Source: Chthoniobacterales bacterium
GTDB lineage: Bacteria > Verrucomicrobiota > Verrucomicrobiia > Chthoniobacterales > JACTMZ01
Direction: 5' to 3'
NCBI GenBank assembly: GCA_049315725.1
Contig: JBMOJP010000004.1
Location: 1 to 53,367 of the forward strand
DNA length: 53,367 bases
In this document: positions 1 through 9,317 of the stretch, piece after piece
Numbering within the stretch: position 1 is the stretch's first letter
How the letters are laid out: each line of letters begins with the position of its first letter
The notes under the pieces: model-generated
What the model was told of the DNA's origin: nothing
The model's database searches: none
Seen by the model: only the letters and a program-made list of their open reading frames with translations
Translations under genes and position numbers: made by a program

Positions 1-6
1 TCCCGG

Positions 7-441
7 CTAGCTTGTGCGCAAGGGATGCGACCAGTTCAACGCAGGAAACCGCGCAAAGTCCGCATCGGTCGAGATCCATTCACAGCCGTGTTCTATGGCG
101 AGGGCTGCATGCCACGCGTCGGCAACCAGTTTCCCTTTCGTAGAGAGGCCGAGGCAGAGTTGCTGAAAAATCTGCCAATTCCGCTCCCCGGGTCGCAGGA
201 TTACGGCCTGTGGCCTGCGCCTGAGCGAGTCGCAAAAAGCCAAAGCCGTGGCTACTGGTGTCGGCTGCTTGAAAACCTTCGGATTCGTCACGACCCGCAC
301 AAATCCGCTGAGCACGGCTTCCGAAAGACCAAAAGCGGATGGTCCTTCTACCAGCTCTTTGATGAACACGGCATACGCCTCATGTTCGCGAGAGTCTTCC
401 CGGTGCGCATAGATCAGGACATTGACATCGCAGAGCCTCAT
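7..441 (-). CDS. vapC: PIN-domain toxin, VapC family
   Basis: ORF 7..480(-). The internal Met gives MRLCDVNVLIYAH..., with PIN acidic positions (CDVNV, VADAWH, STDADF). This start overlaps the stop of the upstream RHH ORF by 4 nt (ATGA). Confidence 0.8.
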   Translation of the reverse strand: MRLCDVNVLIYAHREDSREHEAYAVFIKELVEGPSAFGLSEAVLSGFVRVVTNPKVFKQPTPVATALAFCDSLRRRPQAVILRPGERNWQIFQQLCLGLSTKGKLVADAWHAALAIEHGCEWISTDADFARFPALNWSHPLRTS

Positions 442-695
442 GGCGAGCGCTCGCCGTAGGTCGAGATGTCCTCGGCGCACAAAAGATCGTTGGTCCGGTC
501 CAGGTCGATCCCCTCCATCGGTCCTTCCCCGGAAAATGTGATCAACCGAAACGGCTCCGCATGCGGCTCCCCCTGAGATTCCAGCGCTCTGCGCCCGGCA
601 TCGGCCAGAAACGCGCTGAAACTTTTCCCTTCGCGACGCGCATGAGCACGAAGTCGCTCGCCCAATTCATCATCTAGTAATATGGTAGTCCGCAT
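438..695 (-). CDS. vapB: ribbon-helix-helix antitoxin (VapB/CopG-like)
   Basis: 85-aa ORF beginning MRTTILLDDELGERLRAHARREGKSFSAFLADAGRRAL, a typical RHH N-terminus. It is coupled to the PIN gene. Confidence 0.7.
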   Translation of the reverse strand: MRTTILLDDELGERLRAHARREGKSFSAFLADAGRRALESQGEPHAEPFRLITFSGEGPMEGIDLDRTNDLLCAEDISTYGERSP

Positions 696-849
696 AAAGC
701 ATAAAATATTATCTAATACACGCGTTTGTCAAGCGGCCCGTGGGGGAAGTTGGCAGAACGTGTCTCGTCAAAAGCGAGTTGACCCCTCTCTTTTTGTAAG
801 GCGGAACGGCTGAGCGCAGCCCGGCCATGCCGAAGTTCCATGCACCATG

Positions 850-1187
850 ACAGGCCCCTTTCGCTCCCAAACGCCGTCTTCGGGTCGGCCCGGCTCTCCA
901 ACCGGCACAAGGCCGGGCCGCTGGCCAGTTGCTCACCGCGCGCTCTGCCAGACCAAATCCTGGCGGAGCGTGTCGTGACCGTTGAGATCCCCATAACCCA
1001 AGCCTAGACCGAAGACACGTTGCCGCAGCAAATCAACCTGCTGGTGGGTGATCTGCCCGGGATCGCGCGGATCTTCGATGGCGGCATCCAGCGCCCGCAG
1101 CAACCCAAGGCACCGGTCCGCCTCGCGCAAGGCCATGATCCCCGCATCGCTGGAGACATCGCCTCCGGTGATACCGTGACGCCGTGT
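850..1187 (-). pseudogene. IS1380-family (DDE) transposase N-terminal remnant, frameshifted and truncated
   Basis: The minus-strand reading ...GITGGDVSSDAGIMALREADRCLGLLRALDAAIEDPRDPGQITHQQVDLLRQRVFGLGLGYGDLNGHDTLRQD matches the conserved N-terminus of IS1380-type transposases. It continues in another frame (..GEQLASGPALCRLES..) and then is lost. No DDE core is present. Confidence 0.5.
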
Positions 1188-2864
1188 TCAGTGTTCCACC
1201 GGCGAGCCGGTTTCGGATTCGCGGCCGACCAGCAGGCAAGCCAGTGCAGAGAGCACCATGGCCGCTCCGCCGAGGATGATCGCGTTGATGCCGTCGCCGC
1301 CGAGGAAGTGTTTCACCACCAAGCCCAGACCCAAGGAGGCGATGATCTGGGGTATGACGATGAAGAAGTTGAACACTCCCATGTAGAATCCCATTTTCTC
1401 GGCGGGAACAACATTCGAGAGCATGGCGTAAGGCATCGAGAGGATGCTGGCCCAGGCAATGCCCACAAAAATCATGGAGACGAGCAGCCACGAGGGTTGA
1501 GTCACAAAAGCGGCGGAGGCCAAGCCGAACCCTCCAGCCAGCAGGCAAACAAGATGAATGCTGCGCGCGCTGAAGAGCTTGACCAAGCCGAGCAAAGCGA
1601 AGGCAAAAACGAAGGCCACGAAATTGTAAGCAGAGAAGCAGAGGCCACCCCACTCCACGCCTTTCCGATAGAACTCCGATTCGGCCAGCCTTTCCTGCAT
1701 GGCAGCGGCTTGTTTTTCGCTGCCGCCACCTTGGGAAACGATAGCCGCGGTCGTGGTGTAAAGGGGATTGCGCAACTCAAGGGCGGAGACCGGAACATTC
1801 GAGCCCGCGCCGGCGGCGACGGCCGCGTTCACGCTTTGCATGTAGTCACTGAGCGGCAGCTTGGCCGGGGGTTCACCGGCTTCGATGGCTGCGGTGCCGC
1901 CCCGAGCTTCAATCAGCGCTGATTTGATGGCTGCTATGACGGTCGCCTGCTTTTCTTCGTTGTTTCCAGCAGGTGCGTCATCGCCCAGAGGCTTACCCCC
2001 GAACACCTTGGAAGCCGTGCTGGGAATGAAGAAAATCCACATGCAGAACAAACCAAACCATGTGAAGAACTGGACGATGGCGAGCCGGCGCATGGTGTGG
2101 GGCATTTTCCGGATGCCATGCATGATCTCGGCCATGAAATGCAAAGGGCCGCCGGTCTCAGACTTCATCTTCCGGAAAGCCTCCAGATCGTCCGGAGGGT
2201 ATTCCTTGGTGGTGAGGATCGTGTAGAGGATGGCGAAGATGAATACCGCGGCACCGATGTAAAAAGCCAAATGCACAGTGGCGGGGACAGCCGAGGCGAG
2301 GTTGATGGGAAGCTCCTCGTTTTGCTTGCCCAACAGAATGATGTCCGGCTGCCCGCCGCTCATGCCGAAGATGTTGGAAAGTATCCACGGGAGCGCGGAG
2401 GCCAGAACCGCACCGCCACCAATCAGCACGCTTTGCATCGCAAAGCCGACTTTGCGTTGGTCGGGAGGCAACTTGTCGCCGACGAAAGCCCGGAAGGGCT
2501 CCATGGAGACGTTGATGGAGGCATCAAGAATCCAGAGGAGCCCGGCGGCCACCCACAACGTCGGTGAATTCGGCATCGCGATGAGGGCGAGTGATGCGAG
2601 AATAGCCCCGACGAAAAAGTAGGGTCGGCGGCGGCCGAGCCGATTCCATGTGCGGTCGCTCATGTAGCCGATGATCGGCTGAACGATGAGGCCGGTGACT
2701 GGAGCGGCCAACCAGAGGATCGGTATGGCATCCGCAGCGGCCCCCAAAAATTGGTAAATGGCCGACATGTTCGCCATTTGCAGGCCGAATCCGAATTGGA
2801 TCCCGAGGAACCCGAAGGACATGTTCCAGATCTGCCAGAACGAAAGGTGCGGCTTTTTTTGCAT
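1188..2864 (-). CDS. MFS/GPH-type (SLC45/sucrose-transporter-like) sugar:cation symporter with a long inserted loop
   Basis: 558-aa polytopic ORF. The N-terminus FWQIWNMSFGFLGIQFGFGLQ...GYMSDRTWNRLGRRRPY is typical of GPH/SLC45 transporters. Confidence 0.75.
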   Translation of the reverse strand: MQKKPHLSFWQIWNMSFGFLGIQFGFGLQMANMSAIYQFLGAAADAIPILWLAAPVTGLIVQPIIGYMSDRTWNRLGRRRPYFFVGAILASLALIAMPNSPTLWVAAGLLWILDASINVSMEPFRAFVGDKLPPDQRKVGFAMQSVLIGGGAVLASALPWILSNIFGMSGGQPDIILLGKQNEELPINLASAVPATVHLAFYIGAAVFIFAILYTILTTKEYPPDDLEAFRKMKSETGGPLHFMAEIMHGIRKMPHTMRRLAIVQFFTWFGLFCMWIFFIPSTASKVFGGKPLGDDAPAGNNEEKQATVIAAIKSALIEARGGTAAIEAGEPPAKLPLSDYMQSVNAAVAAGAGSNVPVSALELRNPLYTTTAAIVSQGGGSEKQAAAMQERLAESEFYRKGVEWGGLCFSAYNFVAFVFAFALLGLVKLFSARSIHLVCLLAGGFGLASAAFVTQPSWLLVSMIFVGIAWASILSMPYAMLSNVVPAEKMGFYMGVFNFFIVIPQIIASLGLGLVVKHFLGGDGINAIILGGAAMVLSALACLLVGRESETGSPVEH

Positions 2865-3132
2865 GGGGCGAGGCAGTTGGGGAGTGTCTCAAGGCCTAAA
2901 CAAAACAAATCGTCGCGGCAAGCTCGGCGGTGCCTTGATGGCCCTGAAATGCCGAGAGAGTTGCTCGCGCCAAGATCGCCAAGGCCGCCAAGCTGGCCAG
3001 AGGCGCATGGGTGGGAAACTCCCTTTTGCGCCCTTGGCGCGAACCCTGGTTTTTGGTCAATGGCCCTCGCCGGACTTCGCGCTGGTTTGACAATGAAAAA
3101 TGGCAGGGTTTACTTCGTCAGGTCGGACAACC

Positions 3133-3813
3133 ATGAAACTCACCTACTACGGACACTCCTGCTTCAACGTGCTGGTCGAAGGCACCAATCTTCTCTTCGA
3201 CCCTTTCATCACGCCCAATCCGAAAGCCTCCGGTATCGACGCGGGAAAAATTCCGGCCGATTACATTTTTATCTCCCACGGGCACTTCGACCATGTGGCC
3301 GATGCGGTGGATATCGCGAAGCGGACCGGAGCCATCGTGGTGGCCAACTTCGAGATCGCCGAATGGTTCGGACGTCAGGGCGTCAAAAACCTCCACGCCA
3401 TGAACCTCGGGGGCGGGCATGACTTTCCTTTTGGCCGGGTGAAGATGATCCCGGCGCTGCATTCGAGCGTCCTGCCCGACGGAACCTACGGCGGCAACCC
3501 TGCGGGCTTCCTTGTCGAGAGCAGCGAGGGCGGATTTTTCTACTCGGGCGATACCGCGCTGACCCGCGATTTCAAGCTGGTGGCCGAGACGGCTTCGCTC
3601 AAGTTCGCCGTGCTCTGCATCGGGGACAATTTCACCATGGGTCCGGAGGACGCGGCCCGCGCCGCCAACTTCATCGAGACGACCGAGGTTGTCGGTGTTC
3701 ACTACGACACCTTCCCGCCCATCGAAATCGACCACCACGAAGCCATCCGCGCCTTCACCGACCGCAGCGCGACCCTGCATTTGCTCAGGATCGGGTCGTC
3801 GAAGGAGTTCTAG
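3133..3813 (+). CDS. metal-dependent hydrolase, UPF0173 / metallo-beta-lactamase fold
   Basis: MKLTYYGHSCF...ISHGHFDHV motif (HxHxDH). Start chosen at the internal Met of ORF 3100..3813. Confidence 0.8.
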   Translation: MKLTYYGHSCFNVLVEGTNLLFDPFITPNPKASGIDAGKIPADYIFISHGHFDHVADAVDIAKRTGAIVVANFEIAEWFGRQGVKNLHAMNLGGGHDFPFGRVKMIPALHSSVLPDGTYGGNPAGFLVESSEGGFFYSGDTALTRDFKLVAETASLKFAVLCIGDNFTMGPEDAARAANFIETTEVVGVHYDTFPPIEIDHHEAIRAFTDRSATLHLLRIGSSKEF

Positions 3814-3898
3814 CACCCTGTCGAACTCAGGGTGGGCCCGGCTGCCTTTGGTCAATATTGTCCACAAATCATGATTGCCGCGGGTGCGTTGTGTTTGA

Positions 3899-4570
3899 AT
3901 GATGCAGGGCATGTTGGAACTGTTGCAAAAGGGCGGGCCGGTGATGTGGGTCATTCTCGTCCTCAGCATGGCCGGGCTCGGCGTCTTTCTGGAGCGCCTG
4001 CTTTACCTGCACCGGGCGCAGATTCGCGTGGGGGAGTTTCTCCGCGGTCTGGCCAATCTCGTCCGCGACAGCCGCTTCGACGAAGCGCGTCAGCAGTGCC
4101 TCTCCACCCAGGGCCCGGTGGCGCGCGTCGCCCTCAGCGCCGTGCTGGCCCGCGATTGTCCGCGGTCCGAGTTGCGGGACATTGTGCAGGAGGCCGGTCA
4201 GCTTGAAGTCCCGCGGCTGGAGCGACACCTCGCCCTCTTCATTGGCTTGGCCTACACCGCGCCGTTGCTCGGCCTGCTCGGGACCGTGCTGGGTTTGCTC
4301 GAAGCTTTTTATCTCATCTCCACGCAGGGTGGCTATGCCACGGTGGTCGATCTCTCCGGCGCGGTTTATCAAAGCCTGATCTGCGCCGCCGCCGGGCTGG
4401 CTGTGGCCATTCCGGCGCTGATCGGCGGGAGCTACCTTTCCTCCCGCGTGCAGGATTTGCTCCATGACATGGAGCGGGCGGGGATCGAAATGGTCAACCT
4501 CTTGAAAAATCGCACTCTGCCCGCGGCGGAGATCCTCGCCATGGACGGCGAGCCCGTGCAGGAACCATGA
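3899..4570 (+). CDS. exbB: MotA/TolQ/ExbB proton-channel protein
   Basis: 3-TM layout with a conserved C-terminal half (LGLLGTVLGL...AGLAVAIPAL). ATGA overlap with the next gene. Confidence 0.8.
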   Translation: MMQGMLELLQKGGPVMWVILVLSMAGLGVFLERLLYLHRAQIRVGEFLRGLANLVRDSRFDEARQQCLSTQGPVARVALSAVLARDCPRSELRDIVQEAGQLEVPRLERHLALFIGLAYTAPLLGLLGTVLGLLEAFYLISTQGGYATVVDLSGAVYQSLICAAAGLAVAIPALIGGSYLSSRVQDLLHDMERAGIEMVNLLKNRTLPAAEILAMDGEPVQEP

Positions 4571-4974
4571 AGCTGACCCGGGCGACTCGCCTGCGGGGCG
4601 CGGTGCCGGTTTTTACCGGGACCATGACGGTTGTGTTGTTGCTCGTCTTTTTTCTCCTGCTCTCGACGTCCTTCCTCATGCAGCCGGGTATCATGGTGGA
4701 GTTGCCCGCTTCGCGGTTCCTTCTCCCCGCCATGCAAGATCCGCTCGTCGTTGCGGTGACCGGCGGACCCGGGGCGGCTGTCTTCTTCGAGGACCGGGTC
4801 GTCGAACCCGGACAACTCGGGGCCCGGCTCGAATCACGTCGCACCGTCTCGCGTCAGGTTGTGATCAAGGCGGACCGCGACGCGCCACTCGATCTCGTCA
4901 CGGCCGTAACTGGTCTCGCCCTCGAGCGCGGATTCTCCGTCGCTCTGGCGGCTACCCGAACGCCCGGGCCATGA
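4567..4974 (+). CDS. exbD: ExbD/TolR biopolymer transport protein
   Basis: 135 aa with a single N-terminal TM, followed by the ...VVIKADRDAPLDLVTAV... periplasmic domain typical of ExbD. Confidence 0.75.
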   Translation: MKLTRATRLRGAVPVFTGTMTVVLLLVFFLLLSTSFLMQPGIMVELPASRFLLPAMQDPLVVAVTGGPGAAVFFEDRVVEPGQLGARLESRRTVSRQVVIKADRDAPLDLVTAVTGLALERGFSVALAATRTPGP

Positions 4975-5702
4975 TCCTCTCCGACCGCCTGCTGCATGTC
5001 TTTCACTGGCCGTCGGGCTATCCGATCCGGCTGGCCCTGCCGGCCATGATCATTCTTTCCGTCATGCTGCACGGTCTGGCGTTTTATCTCGTGCGCTCGC
5101 CCGCGACGGGGCGGACCGGCGTCCTGCCGCCGCTGCCCGCCAAGGTCACGATGATTCCCGCGGATCCCTCCGGGGCCGAATCGGTGCTGCTCGCGGCGCG
5201 CGATCCCTCCTGGTTGCAGCCGGGCCGTTACCGTGATCGCCTGCTGCCTCCCCCGCGCCCGGGCCGCACGCTCCGCGCCCTGCGGCCGGAGTTGCCTTCG
5301 CTCGTGGCTGTGCCGCCGCCGGCCGTCCCGGAAGTTTGGGTCCCGGCCCTTCCTCCGCTCGCCGTGCGTTCTTGGCTGGAGGAGAGGGCGTCGCTGCCGC
5401 CGGTCGAACTGGCTCCGGTGACGGCCCGCTTTGAGCCCGCAGGTCCCGGGGTCGATGAGGATCTGCTGGCGCGCCTGCGCGCCGTCGCTCCCGCCCAAGC
5501 GCCGGGGCTGCCCGTGGAGTTGCTCGTGGTGCTTGATGCCGCGGGCGAGGCCCGCCACGTGTGGGTCCTGCGCAGTTGCGGCGTGCCGGCCCTCGACCTC
5601 GCGGCCCAGCGCGCCGTCCAGCGGTCACGTTTCGGCTCCTCCGAAGAGGGATACCAGGGAACCCTGCGCATTGTCTGGGGGCAGGGGGAGGCTGCGTCAT
5701 GA
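4971..5702 (+). CDS. TonB-like energy transducer (Pro-rich spacer plus TonB-C-like domain)
   Basis: N-terminal TM, Pro-rich middle (LPPPRPGR..PPPAVPEVWVPALPP), and C-terminal VLDAAGEARHVWVLRSCGVPALDLAAQRAVQRSRF. Coupled to exbD. Confidence 0.55.
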   Translation: MILSDRLLHVFHWPSGYPIRLALPAMIILSVMLHGLAFYLVRSPATGRTGVLPPLPAKVTMIPADPSGAESVLLAARDPSWLQPGRYRDRLLPPPRPGRTLRALRPELPSLVAVPPPAVPEVWVPALPPLAVRSWLEERASLPPVELAPVTARFEPAGPGVDEDLLARLRAVAPAQAPGLPVELLVVLDAAGEARHVWVLRSCGVPALDLAAQRAVQRSRFGSSEEGYQGTLRIVWGQGEAAS

Positions 5703-5941
5703 TGAGACTGAGCCTTTCCACGCTACCCCTGCTCTACGCGGGCGTTTTCCTTGCGGCCGTTCTTGGGCTTTGGCTACTTTGCGCGTGGAGTCAGGCTGGG
5801 CAAAGGCGCCGCGACCGGCGAGACTTGGCCCAGTGCCGCCTCTGTGCGGAATGGATCCGCCATGACCGGAGCACGGCGTTGGTGCGGTGCCCGGGGTGCG
5901 GCGCGGTCAATGAAACCAACCTCAGCATCAACGACATTTAG
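5699..5941 (+). CDS. small membrane protein with C-terminal zinc-ribbon (CxxC...CxxC)
   Basis: Internal Met of ORF 5561..5941. One TM (LLYAGVFLAAVLGLWLLCAW), then CRLCAEWIRHDRSTALVRCPGCG. The start overlaps the stop of the TonB-like gene (ATGA). Confidence 0.45.
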   Translation: MMRLSLSTLPLLYAGVFLAAVLGLWLLCAWSQAGQRRRDRRDLAQCRLCAEWIRHDRSTALVRCPGCGAVNETNLSINDI

Positions 5942-5952
5942 GAGAAAAAATT

Positions 5953-7128
5953 ATGGGCATGTGGATCGGACGGAATCGCAAGGCGCGGGTAACTTATGGG
6001 TTTGACGAAATTGCGCTGGTTCCCGGCGCGGTGACCATGAACCCCAACGAGGTCGATGTGACTTGGCAGATTCCCGCCGCGGACGGCGGGGCGCTCAAGC
6101 TGGCACTACCCATTCTGGCCAGCGCGATGGACGGAGTGGTTGACACGCGTTTCGCCATTGCCATGGGTCGCCTGGGTGGTTTGGCCGTGCTGAATCTCGA
6201 GGGTGTGCAGGTGCGCTACGAGGACGCCGATGCTGTGCTGGCCGAGGTTCTCAGCGCGGACAAGGACCAGGTAACCGGACTCCTGCAGAAAATTTATCTC
6301 GAACCGGTGAAGGAGGAATTGATCAGCCGCCGCATTCGCGAAATCAAGGAGGCCGGAGTCATCGCCGCCGTCAGCGCCATCCCGCAAAAAGCGGAACGCT
6401 GCGGGGCCATCGCGCAGGAAGCCGGGGTGGATGTTTTTGTCGTGCAGAGCACGGTTTCCACCGCACGCCATATCTCGACGGAATACCAGATGCTCGACCT
6501 GGCGAATTTCTGCCGCACGATGAAATGCCCGGTCATCATCGGTAACACCGTGACCTATGGCACGACGCTTGAACTCATGGAATGCGGGGTTTCCGGCGTG
6601 CTCGTCGGGGTCGGTCCCGGCGCGGCCTGCACCTCGCGCGGCGTGCTCGGCCTGGGCGTGCCGCAGGTCACCGCGACGGTTGATTGCGCCGCGGCGCGTG
6701 ACGCCTATTTCAAGAAAACCAGCCGCTATGTGCCGATCATCACCGATGGTGGCATGAACAAGGGCGGGGACGTCTGCAAGGCGCTCGCGTGCGGAGCCGA
6801 TGCCGTCATGGTGGGCAGCGCCTTCGCCAAAGCCGAGGAGGCTCCCGGTCGCGGTTTCCACTGGGGCATGGCCACGCCGCACGCCAATCTTCCGCGAGGC
6901 ACCCGCATCAAGGTCGGGGTTTCCGGCACGCTGCAGCAGATTTTGTTCGGGCCGGCCACGGTGGATGACGGCAGCCAGAATCTCGTCGGGGCCATTACCA
7001 CCTGCATGGGAAACGTCGGGGCGGCTAGCCTGCGCGAATTCCAGGAGACGGAAATTATCATCGCCCCGTCGATCAAGTCCGAAGGCAAGCTCTTCCAAAT
7101 GGTCCAAAACGTCGGTATGGCGCGGTGA
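5953..7128 (+). CDS. GuaB3-type IMP dehydrogenase-related protein (no CBS pair)
   Basis: IGRNRKARVTYGFDEIALVPG... N-terminus and TIM-barrel IMPDH-like sequence. Confidence 0.8.
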   Translation: MGMWIGRNRKARVTYGFDEIALVPGAVTMNPNEVDVTWQIPAADGGALKLALPILASAMDGVVDTRFAIAMGRLGGLAVLNLEGVQVRYEDADAVLAEVLSADKDQVTGLLQKIYLEPVKEELISRRIREIKEAGVIAAVSAIPQKAERCGAIAQEAGVDVFVVQSTVSTARHISTEYQMLDLANFCRTMKCPVIIGNTVTYGTTLELMECGVSGVLVGVGPGAACTSRGVLGLGVPQVTATVDCAAARDAYFKKTSRYVPIITDGGMNKGGDVCKALACGADAVMVGSAFAKAEEAPGRGFHWGMATPHANLPRGTRIKVGVSGTLQQILFGPATVDDGSQNLVGAITTCMGNVGAASLREFQETEIIIAPSIKSEGKLFQMVQNVGMAR

Positions 7129-7187
7129 AGAGCACGGCCATTTGGCCTCGCCAAGTGCAGCCGCGCTGCATTACGAATTGATGATTC

Positions 7188-8432
7188 ATGAGCGAGCGTC
7201 GCGTCGTCATCACAGGCATCGGAGTGGTCAGCCCGCTGGGCAACGACCTCGAGACTTTCTGGGCGGGTCTCAAGGCCGGCCGTAGCGGCATCGGGCCCAT
7301 CACGGCCTTCGACACCACGGAGTTCGACTGCAAAATCGCCGGGGAGGTGCGCGACTACGATCCGACGCCGTTTTACAAGACACCGAAGGATGTGCGCCGG
7401 AGCGACCGCTACACCCGTCTCGCCATGGGGGCGGCCAAGATGGCGATTGACCATTCCGGGCTCGACCTCCGGGCCATCGACCTCGATCGCGCCGGTGTCA
7501 TGATCGGCAGCGGTGTCGGTGGTCTGGCCACCATGGAGACCCATGTCGAGACCATGCTCTACAAGGGCCCGAGTCGCACCTCGCCGTTCATGATCGCCAT
7601 GATGATCAGCAATATGGCCAGCGGTGTCATATCCATGGAGTATGGATTGCGCGGTCCCAACATGTCGATTGTCACCGCCTGCGCCACGGCCAACAACTGC
7701 ATGGGCGAGGCTTGGCGGATCATCAAGTTCGGTGATGCCGATGTCATGCTGGCCGGCGGCAGTGAGGCTTGCGTCATCCGGACGGGCATCGCGGGCTTCG
7801 CCGCCATGCGCGCCCTGAGTCTGCGCAACGACGAGCCGGAAAAAGCCTCGCGCCCGTTCGACAAGGACCGCGACGGCTTCGTTATGGGCGAGGGCGGCGG
7901 TGTCCTGATCCTCGAGGAATACGAGCACGCGAAAAAGCGCGGTGCGAAGATTTATTGCGAGGTGTCGGGCTACGGACTCACGGCCGACGCCTACCACATG
8001 ACCGCCCCGCAACCCGAAGGCGAGGGGGCGGCGCGCTGCATGCGCATGGCCATGAGCCACGCCGGCGTCAACCCTGAGGAGGTGGATTACATCAACGCGC
8101 ATGGCACCTCGACCCAGATCGGCGACATCTGCGAGACAATGGCGATCAAGTCCGCGTTCGGGGCTCACGCGAAGGACGGGCTGCTCGTCAGTTCGACCAA
8201 GTCGATGACCGGTCACCTGCTCGGTGCGGCCGGGGCCGTGGAGATGGCCGCCTGCGTCATGGCCATGCGTGACGGGATCGTGCCACCAACCATCAACTTG
8301 GACGCCCCCGACGAACAATGCGACCTCGACTACGTGCCGCACAAGGCGCGGGAGAAGCAGGTCAAGATCGCCATCAGCAATTCCTTCGGCTTCGGCGGGC
8401 ACAATTCTTCCATTCTGATCAAGGCGGTCTGA
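7188..8432 (+). CDS. fabF: 3-oxoacyl-ACP synthase II
   Basis: RRVVITGIGVVSPLGN..., active-site ACATANN C, HGTST and SFGFGGHN motifs. Confidence 0.9.
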   Translation: MSERRVVITGIGVVSPLGNDLETFWAGLKAGRSGIGPITAFDTTEFDCKIAGEVRDYDPTPFYKTPKDVRRSDRYTRLAMGAAKMAIDHSGLDLRAIDLDRAGVMIGSGVGGLATMETHVETMLYKGPSRTSPFMIAMMISNMASGVISMEYGLRGPNMSIVTACATANNCMGEAWRIIKFGDADVMLAGGSEACVIRTGIAGFAAMRALSLRNDEPEKASRPFDKDRDGFVMGEGGGVLILEEYEHAKKRGAKIYCEVSGYGLTADAYHMTAPQPEGEGAARCMRMAMSHAGVNPEEVDYINAHGTSTQIGDICETMAIKSAFGAHAKDGLLVSSTKSMTGHLLGAAGAVEMAACVMAMRDGIVPPTINLDAPDEQCDLDYVPHKAREKQVKIAISNSFGFGGHNSSILIKAV

Positions 8433-8439
8433 TTCGGCC

Positions 8440-9255
8440 ATGGAAGCCCCGAAGGAAACGGCAGCGGAGTTTCCGGCCGTGCCTGCGGAGTTGGCGGCCT
8501 TCCGCCCTCGCGTGGCCATGGTTCTCGGGTCGGGGCTGGGCGGTTTTGCCGACGCGTGCGACAAGCTTTTCGAGGTTCCTTACGCAGCTATTCCGGGTTT
8601 GCCTGTCTCGGCGGTTCCGGGGCACGCGGGCCAGTTTGTCGGCGCGACCCTCGGCGGAGTTCCCCTGCTGCTGGCCGTTGGCCGGGTGCATTTTTACGAG
8701 GGACACAGCGCGCGGCTGGTGACCGCCCACGTGAGGCTGATGGCCTCGCTGGGGCCGCGCGCGCTCGTGTTGACCAATGCCGCGGGGACGCTGCACACAG
8801 GGTTCGAGCCGGGCACTTGGATGATGCTGAGTGACCACCTGAATCTCACCGGGGCGTCGCCTCTGACTGGCGGGCCGAATTTTTTCGACATGTCCGCGGT
8901 CTACGATGGCCAGCTGCGCCGGATGTTCCGCGAGTTGGCCCGCGAGCAGGGTTTGGGCCTGCACGAGGGTGTCTATGCGGGCATGCCGGGACCGCAGTAT
9001 GAGACGCCGGCCGAGGTCAGAATGCTGCGCCTGCTCGGGGCGGATGCCGTAGGCATGTCGACTGTCTTCGAGGCGATTCAGGCCCGCGCCCTCGGCCTGC
9101 GGGTGGCGGCATTTTCCTGCCTGACCAACTGGGGGGCGGGCATGATCGAGGCGTCGCTTTCACATCACGAGGTCATGGAGACAGGTCGCTCCGCCGCGAC
9201 CATCCTCAGCCGCCTGCTGGAAGCCTCGTTTCGTCGTGACTGGCCGGCGGATTGA
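8440..9255 (+). CDS. punA: purine nucleoside phosphorylase (PNP family I, PunA-type)
   Basis: GSGLGGFAD..., VPGHAGQFV, GRVHFYEG, GPQYETPAE, GADAVGMSTV motifs. Confidence 0.85.
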   Translation: MEAPKETAAEFPAVPAELAAFRPRVAMVLGSGLGGFADACDKLFEVPYAAIPGLPVSAVPGHAGQFVGATLGGVPLLLAVGRVHFYEGHSARLVTAHVRLMASLGPRALVLTNAAGTLHTGFEPGTWMMLSDHLNLTGASPLTGGPNFFDMSAVYDGQLRRMFRELAREQGLGLHEGVYAGMPGPQYETPAEVRMLRLLGADAVGMSTVFEAIQARALGLRVAAFSCLTNWGAGMIEASLSHHEVMETGRSAATILSRLLEASFRRDWPAD

Positions 9256-9317
9256 GTCTCACCGCAGAGTCCTGCTTCCCCCCCTTGGGCTGCCTCTGGT
9301 AGCCTCTTTTTTGCACC

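Noticed and set aside
6726-8564. 612-aa minus-strand ORF, along with similar long antisense ORFs at 22260..23861(-), 24116..25555(-), 27491..28951(-), 39135..41387(-), 46217..48208(-) and 48239..50059(-)
   Set aside because: Each lies antisense to a gene with unmistakable family motifs (guaB3/fabF, GH1, PKS, argJ/argB, gltB). Their products are Arg/Gly/Pro/His-rich low-complexity strings typical of stop-poor shadow frames in high-GC DNA.
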